Assembly: GCA_040219175.1 (NCBI GenBank)
Contig: JAVJSY010000090.1
Span: forward strand, 19,386-83,385
DNA: 64,000 bases
Direction of reading: 5' to 3'
DNA from: Kiloniellales bacterium
GTDB lineage: Bacteria; Pseudomonadota; Alphaproteobacteria; Kiloniellales; JACOMY01
Position numbers and translations under genes: made by a program. Shown here piece by piece: positions 31,963-41,123 of this stretch. Each line of letters opens with the position of its first letter. Position 1 is the first letter of the stretch. The notes under the pieces were generated by a model. That model was not told the origin of the DNA. It ran no database searches and was given only the letters and a program-made list of their open reading frames with translations.

Positions 31963-32762
31963 AATTCCTCCAGATCTGGCAGCGTGTCGGGGACCGGGAC
32001 GGTGTAGTTGAGATGGGCCCGGCCGCCATCGGGGTAGAGGGTTTGGCCGGTGACGTAGGAGGCCTCGTCGCTGGCCAGGAAGGAGACCACGGCGGCCACC
32101 TCCTCGGCCCGGCCGAGCCGCCCCATGGGCGTGCGCGAGAGGATGCGCCGATAGGCAGCCTCGTTCTTTCCAAGCCCCGCTGTCAGCGGAGTGAGGATCG
32201 TACCCGGCCCCACCGCATTCACCCGCACGCCCTTGTCGGCGAGCGCAATGGCGAAGATACGGGTCAGCTGATTGATTCCGGCCTTGGAGATGCCGTAGGG
32301 GACGCGGTCCGGGATCGCCAACTCGGCTTGGGCGGAGGACATGTTGACGATGGCGCCGCTGCCTTGGGCGACCATCACCTTCGCAGCCTCCTGCGTACCC
32401 CAGAAGGTCCCCTTGAGGTTGACGTTCAAGACCCGGTCCAACTCGTCTTCGCTGAGCTCGAGCGCTGCCGTGCTGCAGGAGACCGCGGCGTTGTTCACCA
32501 TGATGTCCAAGCGGCCGAAGCGCTGCACCACGGCTTCGACCAGTCCGACCACAGCAGTGCGGGAGCCGACATCGCAATCCAGCGCTACGGCGCGCGCGCC
32601 GTCGGGATCAAGTGCGGCTGCCCGCCGAACCGCGGCATCCCCTTGCACGTCGGAGAAAACGACCGTGGCGCCCTCGCGAAACAGCAGCTCGGCGCAGGCC
32701 GCGCCGATCCCCTGCGCCGCACCGGTCACCAATGCGATTTTGCCGTCATGGCGCATGCTCAT
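31959..32762 (-). CDS. Short-chain dehydrogenase/reductase
   Basis: 267 aa. TGAAQGIGAA, NNAAV, and YGISKAG in the catalytic region. Confidence 0.85.
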   Translation of the reverse strand: MSMRHDGKIALVTGAAQGIGAACAELLFREGATVVFSDVQGDAAVRRAAALDPDGARAVALDCDVGSRTAVVGLVEAVVQRFGRLDIMVNNAAVSCSTAALELSEDELDRVLNVNLKGTFWGTQEAAKVMVAQGSGAIVNMSSAQAELAIPDRVPYGISKAGINQLTRIFAIALADKGVRVNAVGPGTILTPLTAGLGKNEAAYRRILSRTPMGRLGRAEEVAAVVSFLASDEASYVTGQTLYPDGGRAHLNYTVPVPDTLPDLEEL

Positions 32763-34315
32763 CCCTCCTCTTTGCCGAAACCGCCGCCGCCGCCGGTCTC
32801 GATTGAAATCAGGTCTCCACGGTTCAGCAGATGCTGGCCGGAGGCCGGCAAGACCTGGTCGTTGATCCGAAAGCTGGCTGCTTGCCCCGCCGCACCGCCC
32901 ATCAAGCCGGGCGCCGGACAGCGCACCCGGTTCACCATGAAGGAGGCGATTGCCGGGACCTCGCCCAGAAAGCGGAAACCGAAGGAGATACCGTCGCCGC
33001 CGCGCTGCCTGCCGGCCCCGCCGGATCCCCGCCGGATCGACCGCTGCAACACCTCGATCGGTGCTTGGCCTTCCATCACCTCGATCGGCGTGTTGGAGAG
33101 GTTCGAGGGAAAGCTGACGGCACTGGCGCCGTCCTGGCCGCCGCTCGCCCCTTGTCCGGCGCCCAGGAAGGCATTGACGGCATAGTGGGCCCCGGCGCCC
33201 AGGCTGGCGATCTGCAGATTGTTCGAGGGCGAGCCGGGTGCAGCCTGCACCCGCTCCGGCAGCGCCTCTGCCAGTGCCCCGAAGATGGCCGGAGGCAGCA
33301 GGTGTCCGATCATCCCGCGTGCGCCGCAGGGTGCCGGGCGGCGTGGGTTCAGGATCGAGCCCTCGGGCGCCCTCACCTCGATCGGTCGAAAGGCGCCCTC
33401 GTTGTTCGGGATCCAGGGCGCAAAGAGCGCCTTCAGCGCGTAGGCAGAATAGGCGAAGGTGTAGTTCAAGACCGTGTTGATCGCCAACGGCAGCTGCGGG
33501 GAAGAGCCCTCGTAATCCACCGTCACCCGCTCACCGGCGATGGTGACGCGCACACAGATGGTGACCACGCCCCCCGGCAGTTCCTCCGGTCCATCGTTCT
33601 CGATCCGATAGCGCCAGGAGCCGTCCGGCGCCTCGGCAATGGCACGTCGCATCGCCGTTTCGGTGCGCGCAATCACCTCCGCGGCGAAGACCTCAAGATC
33701 GATCTCCATCTCGTCCAGCAGGCCGTTCAGGCGCTGCCCCAGGGACTGCACGCAGGCGACCATGGCCCAGACGTCGCCCAGGGTCTCGTCCGGGACGCGC
33801 ACGTTCCGGCGCAGCAGCCGCACCAGGGTCGCATCCTCCTCGCCGGCCCGCAGCAGGCGCATCGGCGGAATCTGGAAGCCTTCCTCGAAGAGCTCTCTAT
33901 TCGCCGGGTTGCGCAAACGGCCACCAATATCCGGCAAATGACTGACCACGCCGGCGAAGGCCACGACCCGGCCGTCGCGAAAGATGGGGCAAGCAATCGA
34001 GGCGTCGTTCAGGTGGCCGGAGCCGTGCCAGGGGTCGTTGGTGATGAAGACATCGCCCTCGCGCATACTCTCGAGACCATGCTCTTCGATGAAGACGCGG
34101 ATCGTAGCCGGCATGGTGGCGATGAAAGAGGGGATCGACTGCGAGGACTGCGCCAGGCTGCGCCCCTCGGCATCGGTCAGGACCACCGCGTAATCGTTGG
34201 CCTCTCGCACCAGGGTGGAAAAGGAGGCGCGCACGAAGGCGGCAGCTGCCTCGTCGACAACACTCACCAGGCGAGTCCAGAGGATCTCGATGGCGATGGG
34301 ATCGAGCCGCGTCAT
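32759..34315 (-). CDS. hyuB: Hydantoinase B / oxoprolinase-family protein (HyuB)
   Basis: 518 aa. Typical N-terminus DPIAIEILWTRLVSVVDEAAAAFVRASFSTLVREANDYAVVL. Confidence 0.85.
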   Translation of the reverse strand: MTRLDPIAIEILWTRLVSVVDEAAAAFVRASFSTLVREANDYAVVLTDAEGRSLAQSSQSIPSFIATMPATIRVFIEEHGLESMREGDVFITNDPWHGSGHLNDASIACPIFRDGRVVAFAGVVSHLPDIGGRLRNPANRELFEEGFQIPPMRLLRAGEEDATLVRLLRRNVRVPDETLGDVWAMVACVQSLGQRLNGLLDEMEIDLEVFAAEVIARTETAMRRAIAEAPDGSWRYRIENDGPEELPGGVVTICVRVTIAGERVTVDYEGSSPQLPLAINTVLNYTFAYSAYALKALFAPWIPNNEGAFRPIEVRAPEGSILNPRRPAPCGARGMIGHLLPPAIFGALAEALPERVQAAPGSPSNNLQIASLGAGAHYAVNAFLGAGQGASGGQDGASAVSFPSNLSNTPIEVMEGQAPIEVLQRSIRRGSGGAGRQRGGDGISFGFRFLGEVPAIASFMVNRVRCPAPGLMGGAAGQAASFRINDQVLPASGQHLLNRGDLISIETGGGGGFGKEEG

Positions 34316-36375
34316 GCCGCGACCTCCTCCAGCAGGACTTCGATTGTCGCATCATCCAAGACCCTGACATCGGCGGGGCGCGCGATCACCAAGGTCGATT
34401 CCGCCTCGCAGATGACGCAAGGGCCGCGCAGGACGCATCCAGGCAAGAGGCAGCCGCGGTCGTACTCCGGCACCGAGGCAAAGTCGCCCTGGTCGGGTAG
34501 ATAGATCGAGCGCGCGCGCGCTGTCCTCTCTTTTGTCTGTGCAGTTTCGGCCAAGCGATAGCGACGGAGGCCAAGCCCGGCGAGCCCCCAGACTCGCCAG
34601 GTAACGGCCTCCGGTAGGCCGCCGGGAACGGTCACGCCGAAGACCTCGGCATAGGCCTCCAGAAAAGCCGCTTCCAGATCGCTCGCGTTCGGTGGCCGAC
34701 GTGGGTCGATCGCCACCTCGACGTTGGCGCCCTGGCCGCGATAGCGCAGCTCCGCTGCCGCTTGCAGGCTGTCGGCGGCCATACCGCTATCCGCCAGCTC
34801 GCGCTCGATCTCCTGACAGGCCTGGTCCAGACGCGCTTTCAGAAAAGCATGATCGAGGTCCTGCAGCATCTCGATCCGCGACCAAGAGCGATCCGCTCTG
34901 GCGGGTGCGGCAAGGAAGCCGAGGCAAGAGCCGACACCGGAGGCGATCGGGCAGAGGATGCGGCGAATGCGCAGCCGTCTGGCGACCTCGACCGCGTGCA
35001 AGGGACCAGCGCCACCCGTGGCGACCAGCGCGAAACCTCTTGCGTCCAGCCCCTTCTCGGCGATGTGGGTGCGTGCCGCCGAGGCCATGGCCTCGTTCAC
35101 GATGTCATGGATGCCCCAGGCAGTCGCAAGCGCATCCAAGCCGACCTCTGCGCCGACACGGGCCAGGGCCGTGCGCGCCTGCTCGGGATAGAGCCGCATG
35201 CGTCCGCCCAGGAAACCATCGGGGTCGAGGTAGCCCAGCAATAGATCGGCATCGGTGACCGTGGCCGCCTCCCCGCCTAGGCCATAGCAGGCCGGGCCCG
35301 GCTCGGAGCCGGCACTCTCCGGCCCGACCTTCAAGAGGCCGAGCGCGTCGCAGCGGGCGAGCGAGCCGCCGCCGGCGCCGATCTCGATCAGGTCGATGGA
35401 GGGCGCGACGGCCGGCAGGCCGCTGCCCTTCTTGAAGCGTTTCTCGCGGGCGAACTCGAAGACATGGGTGATGTCCGGTCGCCCCTCGACCGCGACGCAG
35501 GCCTTCGCCGTCGTGCCGCCCATGTCGAAGGCGAGTACCTGCTGGGCGCCCTGTGCGCCGGCGCAGTTGATGGCACTGATGACGCCGCCGGCCGGCCCCG
35601 ATTCCAGCAGGCGGATGGGATAGCGGGCGGCCTGTTCTGCCGTGGTGAAGCCGCCGTTCGACACCATGATGTCGAGCCGCCCTGCGATGCCGAGCCGACC
35701 CAGACGCTCCTTCAGGCTATCCAGATAGCGCTCGACCAGCGGGCGGACATAGGAGTTGGCCGCGGTGGTGGACATGCGCTCGTACTCGCCGATCTCACCG
35801 GCAACCTCGGCCGAGAGCGAGACCGGCAGGTCCGGCGCCTTGGCCGCCAGCGCCTGGCGCACCTGTTGCTCCTGACGAGCGGAAACGGGTGCGTGCAGCA
35901 GACAAACGGCCACCGAGAGAACGCCGCTGTCGGCGATGGACGTCGCAAGCGCCTCCAAGTCCTCGCTGTTGGCTGCCTGCCATTCGCTGCCGTCCGGCCC
36001 CATGCGAACGGCCAGCTCGAAACGGTCCCCGCGCGCAACCAGCGCCTGGGGATAGGTCAGTCCCAGGTCGTAGGTGTCGTAGCGCAGCTCCCGCCCGATA
36101 TCGAGCGCGTCGGCCATACCGCAGTTGGTCACAAGCGCCGTGCGCGCGCCCTTGCGTTCCAGCAGGCTGTTGGTGATCAAGGTGGTGCCGTGCACGACCT
36201 GCCCGACTGTGCCGTCTTGCGCAGCAAGCAGGTCCTCCGCGACCCGTGCGAGTCCCGCGCCGGGGTCGGCAGGCGTGGTCAGAGACTTTGCAAGCCGGAT
36301 CCGTCCGCTCTCCGGCTCCAGCAGCACACCGTCGGTGAAGGTGCCGCCAATGTCGATGGCAATGCGCAGGCTCAT
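34312..36375 (-). CDS. hyuA: Hydantoinase A / oxoprolinase-family protein (HyuA)
   Basis: 687 aa. IAIDIGGTFTDGVL and FDMGGTTAK (ASKHA ATPase motifs). Confidence 0.85.
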   Translation of the reverse strand: MSLRIAIDIGGTFTDGVLLEPESGRIRLAKSLTTPADPGAGLARVAEDLLAAQDGTVGQVVHGTTLITNSLLERKGARTALVTNCGMADALDIGRELRYDTYDLGLTYPQALVARGDRFELAVRMGPDGSEWQAANSEDLEALATSIADSGVLSVAVCLLHAPVSARQEQQVRQALAAKAPDLPVSLSAEVAGEIGEYERMSTTAANSYVRPLVERYLDSLKERLGRLGIAGRLDIMVSNGGFTTAEQAARYPIRLLESGPAGGVISAINCAGAQGAQQVLAFDMGGTTAKACVAVEGRPDITHVFEFAREKRFKKGSGLPAVAPSIDLIEIGAGGGSLARCDALGLLKVGPESAGSEPGPACYGLGGEAATVTDADLLLGYLDPDGFLGGRMRLYPEQARTALARVGAEVGLDALATAWGIHDIVNEAMASAARTHIAEKGLDARGFALVATGGAGPLHAVEVARRLRIRRILCPIASGVGSCLGFLAAPARADRSWSRIEMLQDLDHAFLKARLDQACQEIERELADSGMAADSLQAAAELRYRGQGANVEVAIDPRRPPNASDLEAAFLEAYAEVFGVTVPGGLPEAVTWRVWGLAGLGLRRYRLAETAQTKERTARARSIYLPDQGDFASVPEYDRGCLLPGCVLRGPCVICEAESTLVIARPADVRVLDDATIEVLLEEVAA

Positions 36376-36380
36376 GGGAA

Positions 36381-37466
36381 TCAGGCGCCGATCGTAAAAT
36401 GGGTGAAGGCCGCAGCCTCGCTGCGTGCCTTGGCCAAGGCATTGGCTAAGGCCGGCGTGACCAAGATGCCGTTTCGCTCTGCCTCTCGTCTTGCTGCTGC
36501 CGCCCGCGCGCCCGGCAGGCGGACCGGGCTGTCGGCCTCGACCGGCTCTACGGATTCGATGGCCGCAGCGATCTCGGCGACCCTATCGGACAAGGCAGCG
36601 GCACCGCCGAAGGCCTCGGGATCGAAGGCAAGGAAGAGGTGACTGACGTCGGCGGGCTGGCTGCTCGGGTCCTGCGGTGGCCTGACCTCGGCGCCGAGCG
36701 CACCGCCGGAGAGCGAGACGCAAAGCAGTTCCACCAGCAGGCAGAGCAAGGTCCCCTTGGCGCCGCCTAGCGCCTGCATGCTGCCCTGAAGTGCCGCTTC
36801 GGCCGAGGTCGTCGGCTGGCCCTCGGCATCGAGCGCCCAGTCGGCCGGTATCTCCTCGCCCGCTGCCGCCGCCTTGCGTATGCGGGCGCGCGAGCCAAGC
36901 GTGCTGGCAAGATCGATGACCAGCGGCTGGCCGTCTGCGCGCGGAAAGCCGGCGGCGATGGGATTGGTCCCGAAGAGGGGCTGACGTCCGCCGCGCGGCG
37001 CAACGCTGGGCGAGGCGTTGGAAAAAACCAGGCCGACCTGCTGCTGGCCGAGCATGCGATGGACGAAGTAGGAGGCCACGCCGAAATGGCCGGAATTGCG
37101 CACGGCAACGGCCCCCACCCCGGCCTGCTTCGCCAAGGCGCTCGCCCGGTCGGAAGCCGCAAGAGCTGCCAGGATGCCCGGTGCCTGCTCGGCATCCAGG
37201 CTGGCGGCAGCCGCGCGCTCTGCGGTAAAGACAAAGCGCGGTCGGGGATTGAGCGCAGAGCGCCTAAGGCCATTGAGGTAGGCAGGCAGGTGCATCAAGC
37301 CATGGCTGTCGATGCCGCTGGACTGCGCGAAGACCAGGCAGTCGGCCATAGCACGAGCGTCATCGCTGCGAAGGCCCGCGTGCACCAGCAGACTGGCGGC
37401 GAAGCCGGAAAGCTGGGCGATCCTGGCGCGTTCTCCGGACATTGGCGTCAGTGGCAGCGAGGGCAT
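36381..37466 (-). CDS. Ldh_2-family (malate/L-lactate dehydrogenase type 2) NAD(P)H oxidoreductase
   Basis: 361 aa. DSHGLMHLPAYL, AVRNSGHFGVASYF, FGTNPIAAGFP. Confidence 0.8.
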   Translation of the reverse strand: MPSLPLTPMSGERARIAQLSGFAASLLVHAGLRSDDARAMADCLVFAQSSGIDSHGLMHLPAYLNGLRRSALNPRPRFVFTAERAAAASLDAEQAPGILAALAASDRASALAKQAGVGAVAVRNSGHFGVASYFVHRMLGQQQVGLVFSNASPSVAPRGGRQPLFGTNPIAAGFPRADGQPLVIDLASTLGSRARIRKAAAAGEEIPADWALDAEGQPTTSAEAALQGSMQALGGAKGTLLCLLVELLCVSLSGGALGAEVRPPQDPSSQPADVSHLFLAFDPEAFGGAAALSDRVAEIAAAIESVEPVEADSPVRLPGARAAAARREAERNGILVTPALANALAKARSEAAAFTHFTIGA

Positions 37467-37469
37467 GGT

Positions 37470-38396
37470 TCAGCCCACCCCTTCCAGATCATAGACCGGG
37501 CTGATCCAGCCATGGTCTCGCGCGCTGTCGCCCAAGGTTGCCGAGAAGTAGGCCTGCTGCAGCAGCCGGGTGACGGGACCAACGGCGCCCCTGCCGATCG
37601 CCAGTCCGTCCAACGCGACGATCGGCAGAACCTCGGCAGCCGACCCGGCAAAGAAGAGCTCGTCGGCGGCATAGAGTTCGCTGCGATCGACGCTGCGTTC
37701 CTCAACTGCGATGCCGTTCTCGACAGCCAGTGTCAGGACCGTTGCCCTGGTGATGCTCTCCAGAATCCCGCTGGTCTGGTCCGGAGTCACCAAGCGACCC
37801 TTGCGGACGAGAAAGAGGCAGGCGCCCGGCCCCTCACCGACCTTGCCGGCTTCGTTCAGCATGACTGCATCGTCGTAGCCATCGGCCCTGGCCTGAAAGC
37901 GGGCAAGCCGTGCGTTGGCATAGTTCGCACCGCACTTGATGCGCGGCGGCATGGCATTGTCGGAGAGGCGCCGCCAGGAAGAGATCTGGGCGCGAATGCC
38001 GCTCTCGACCTTGGCCGAGCGCGGTCTCGCCCCGGCATAGACCATCCAGCTGACCGGACCGGCAACATGGTGCTCGGAGGCTTCGGCCAGATAGGCGGTC
38101 GCACGAATGTGGCAGTTCTCGCGATGCCCATGGGTCCGAAGCAAGGTGACGATGGCGTCGCCCACCGCCTCCACCTCAACCTCCGGGGCAAAGCGCAGCA
38201 GCTTCATCGATTGCGCCAAGCGCTCCAGGTGTTCTTCCAAGCGAAAGATGTAAAGCTGTTCCTCTTTTGGATTCCAGTAGGCGCGCAGGCCCTCGAAGAC
38301 ATTGAGGCCATAACGCATGGCGGCCGACATCAGGTGCACGGTCGCCGCCTCATAGGGCACCAGAGCCCCATTCACGATCATGGGTTTCTTGCTCAT
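37470..38396 (-). CDS. Class IV (branched-chain/D-amino-acid) aminotransferase, copy 1
   Basis: 308 aa. FEGLRAYWN, AMPPRIKCGANY, CLFLVRKGRLVTP, ILESITR. Confidence 0.85.
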   Translation of the reverse strand: MSKKPMIVNGALVPYEAATVHLMSAAMRYGLNVFEGLRAYWNPKEEQLYIFRLEEHLERLAQSMKLLRFAPEVEVEAVGDAIVTLLRTHGHRENCHIRATAYLAEASEHHVAGPVSWMVYAGARPRSAKVESGIRAQISSWRRLSDNAMPPRIKCGANYANARLARFQARADGYDDAVMLNEAGKVGEGPGACLFLVRKGRLVTPDQTSGILESITRATVLTLAVENGIAVEERSVDRSELYAADELFFAGSAAEVLPIVALDGLAIGRGAVGPVTRLLQQAYFSATLGDSARDHGWISPVYDLEGVG

Positions 38397-38806
38397 GACG
38401 AAGCCTCCCTATCGGCCAGCCGAAAGCGGGCGAGCCACAGCCCTTCCTCTTCTTCGAGCGCGAGGGACACGCGGGCGCCGACCGCAAAGCCTTCGCCCTC
38501 GGCGGAATCGATGATGTTGGTCAAGAGGCGCGGTCCTTCGTCCAGCTCGACGATGGCGACGTTGTAGGGCAGGCGCTCTTTCAGATGATCGGCATAGGCT
38601 TGGCGATAGACCACCCAGGAAACCAGGCGTCCCTGCCCGCTCGACACCGCCCAGCCCGGCTCCGGCGCCAGGCAAGCGGGACAGGCAGCGCGTGGCGGCA
38701 GCCAGGCCGTATCGCAGGCAGAACAGCGCTGAAACTGCAATCGGCCCTCCGCGAGGCCCTCCCAATAGGCGCGGTTCACCTCGGTGATCTCGGGGTGCGG
38801 GATCAT
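38393..38806 (-). CDS. DUF35 Zn-ribbon/OB-fold protein (thiolase partner)
   Basis: 137 aa. Zn ribbon CSACDTAW...CPAC followed by an OB-fold region. 4-nt overlaps on both sides. Confidence 0.8.
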   Translation of the reverse strand: MIPHPEITEVNRAYWEGLAEGRLQFQRCSACDTAWLPPRAACPACLAPEPGWAVSSGQGRLVSWVVYRQAYADHLKERLPYNVAIVELDEGPRLLTNIIDSAEGEGFAVGARVSLALEEEEGLWLARFRLADREASS

Positions 38807-39933
38807 GTCGGCTGTCCCAGAATCAAGGTCGCGTGGGTGTGCATCGAGCCGCCTTGGTTGGAGACGATGCAGGTCTTCGGGTCGCGCACCTGCAGGCGGG
38901 CATCGCCGCGCATTTGGCGCGTGCCCTCGATCACCAGCTGCAGACCCGGCGTGCCACTTTCCGATAGCAGACCGCCCGAGGTGTTGAGCGGCAGGGCGCC
39001 CTCCGGCCCGATCCCCTCGGCCAAGGCGAAGGCGCCGGCCTGGCCGCGCGGAGCCAGCCCGTAATCCTCCATGGTCTGCAGCACGGTGACGGTGAAGCAG
39101 TCGTAGAGCTGGGCAACATCGATGTCTTCCGGCCCCACGCCCGCCATGCGATAGGCGGTATCGGCCGAGACCTCGGCCATGGTGTGGGTGAGGTCCGGGC
39201 GCAGGTGCACGTCCCAGCTTTCCTGCCCCTGGCCGAAACCCAGGATGGGGACGGCTTGCGTGAGTCCAAGCGCGCGCGCCCGCTCGGCGCTGGTCACGAT
39301 CACGGCCGCGCCGCCGTCGGAGACCAGGCAGCAGTCGTCGCGCCGCAGCGGATCGATCAGCAAACGGCTCTCAAGATAGGCCTCCATCGACAGCGCCTGG
39401 CGCAGGTGCCCGGCCGGATTCTCCAGACCGTTCGCGCGGGTCTGGACGGCAACGGCGCCGAAATGCGTGTCGGGCGGCGTGTAGCGCTGCTTGTAGGCCT
39501 GGTGGATCATGGCGTAGCCAGCCGCGGTCGCATACCAGCCATAGACCGCATCGTCGCCGCGCGGCCGGTGATAGACCGCGCGAGAGCCGCTGCGCGGCGT
39601 GTCGCCATAGCAAATCAGCGCCATCTCCATCAGCCCGGCTTCGATCGCCATGGCTGCATAGGAGATAAGCGCGATGTTGGCGGCCCCGCCCTGATCCAAG
39701 GCCCCCCCCACACGTGGGCGCAGGCCCAGGGCCTCGGCCACCTTCTGGCCATAAAGGATCGAGGGCGCGGAGTTGGCCATCTTGACCAGCACGCCGTCCA
39801 GGCTGTCCTTCTCGATGCCCGCGTCGGCGACCGCATTGCGCGCGGCCTCGACGATCAGGTCGATGCGCTCGCGTCCGGGATGCTTGCCATAGCGGGTATG
39901 GCCGACGCCGGCGATGACCGCGCGCCCGCGCAT
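38803..39933 (-). CDS. Thiolase-superfamily protein (SCP-x/non-specific lipid-transfer-type thiolase)
   Basis: 376 aa. AVIAGVGHTRYGK and NTSGGLLSESGTPGLQ. Paired with DUF35, as is usual for this subclass. Confidence 0.8.
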   Translation of the reverse strand: MRGRAVIAGVGHTRYGKHPGRERIDLIVEAARNAVADAGIEKDSLDGVLVKMANSAPSILYGQKVAEALGLRPRVGGALDQGGAANIALISYAAMAIEAGLMEMALICYGDTPRSGSRAVYHRPRGDDAVYGWYATAAGYAMIHQAYKQRYTPPDTHFGAVAVQTRANGLENPAGHLRQALSMEAYLESRLLIDPLRRDDCCLVSDGGAAVIVTSAERARALGLTQAVPILGFGQGQESWDVHLRPDLTHTMAEVSADTAYRMAGVGPEDIDVAQLYDCFTVTVLQTMEDYGLAPRGQAGAFALAEGIGPEGALPLNTSGGLLSESGTPGLQLVIEGTRQMRGDARLQVRDPKTCIVSNQGGSMHTHATLILGQPT

Positions 39934-41123
39934 CAGATCACCCCCTCGCGCGACAGCGCCTCGAGATCGCAGCCCAAGTCCCCGAAGATCGCGGCATTGT
40001 CGGCGCCATAGGCGGGACTGGGGCGATAGTCGGCCTGGGGCGTGTCTTCATAACGCAAGGCCGAGCGCATGACGGTGATCGCGCCATAGTCGGGATGATC
40101 GATATCCAACAAAGCGTCTCTTGCGCGCAGGGTCTCGTCGCCAACGACCTCCGGCAAATCCCTTACCGGCGCGCAAGGCACGCGGTGTCTTGTGAGCAGC
40201 TCGGCGATCCGGGCTTTCTCTCGCGCAGCGGTCCAGTCGGAGACCAGGGCGTCGACCATCTCCATGTTGGCGACGCGCGCGCGCATGCTGCGGGTCTCCG
40301 GCGCCTGCTTGAGATCGGGCCGCTCGATGCAGTCGGCCAGGGCCTGCCAGTGCTTGTCGCTGTTGCATATGATGGCGACGTGACCGTCCTTGGCCGGATA
40401 GACATTGTAGGGGCAGAGGCTGAGGCCGCCATGGCGATTGCCGGTGCGCAGCGGGATGTCGTCGCGCGCGCCGTAGGTCATGCCGATGTTGGAGGCAAGC
40501 GATGGATAGACCGCCTCCAGCATGGAGACGTCGATCCGCGCGCCCTCGCCGCTGCGTTCGCGGCGAAAGAGCGCCGTTGCAATGGCACCGTAGAGATGCA
40601 CGCCGCCGAAGAAATCGCAGAGCGCCGCGCCGGACTTGACCGGCGGATTCTCGGCAAAGCCGGTGACGCTCATGACGCCCGACAGCGCCTGCACCGTCAG
40701 ATCCATCGCCGGCAGGTCGCGATAGGCGCCGTCCTGGCCGTATCCGGATCCCGACGCCAGGATCACCCCCGGATTGCGCGCCTTCAAGGCTGCGTAGCCG
40801 AGGCCGAGGCGGTCCATGACACCCGGCGCATAGTTCTCCGCCACCACATCGGCGGTCTCGACCAATCGCAGGAAGAGGTCCCGTCCCTTGTCCGTCTTGA
40901 GATTGAGCGAGATCGAGCGCTTGCAGGCATTCAGCATCGCAAAGGGCACGCCGGCGCCGGAGCGGGCATCGCGGCGGCGCAGGAACTCGCCGCCCGGCGG
41001 CTCCACCTTGATCACCTCGGCGCCCGCCATGGCCATCAGGAAGGTGGCGTAAGGACCGTTGTAGATCTGCGTCAGATCGAGAACGCGCAGGCCGGCAAAG
41101 GGAAGGCTTCCGACCATGCTCAC
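39933..41123 (-). CDS. Family III CoA-transferase (CaiB/BaiF)
   Basis: 396 aa. GLRVLDLTQIYNGPYATFLMAMAGAEVIKVEPP and ENYAPGVMDRLGLGY. Confidence 0.85.
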   Translation of the reverse strand: MSMVGSLPFAGLRVLDLTQIYNGPYATFLMAMAGAEVIKVEPPGGEFLRRRDARSGAGVPFAMLNACKRSISLNLKTDKGRDLFLRLVETADVVAENYAPGVMDRLGLGYAALKARNPGVILASGSGYGQDGAYRDLPAMDLTVQALSGVMSVTGFAENPPVKSGAALCDFFGGVHLYGAIATALFRRERSGEGARIDVSMLEAVYPSLASNIGMTYGARDDIPLRTGNRHGGLSLCPYNVYPAKDGHVAIICNSDKHWQALADCIERPDLKQAPETRSMRARVANMEMVDALVSDWTAAREKARIAELLTRHRVPCAPVRDLPEVVGDETLRARDALLDIDHPDYGAITVMRSALRYEDTPQADYRPSPAYGADNAAIFGDLGCDLEALSREGVI

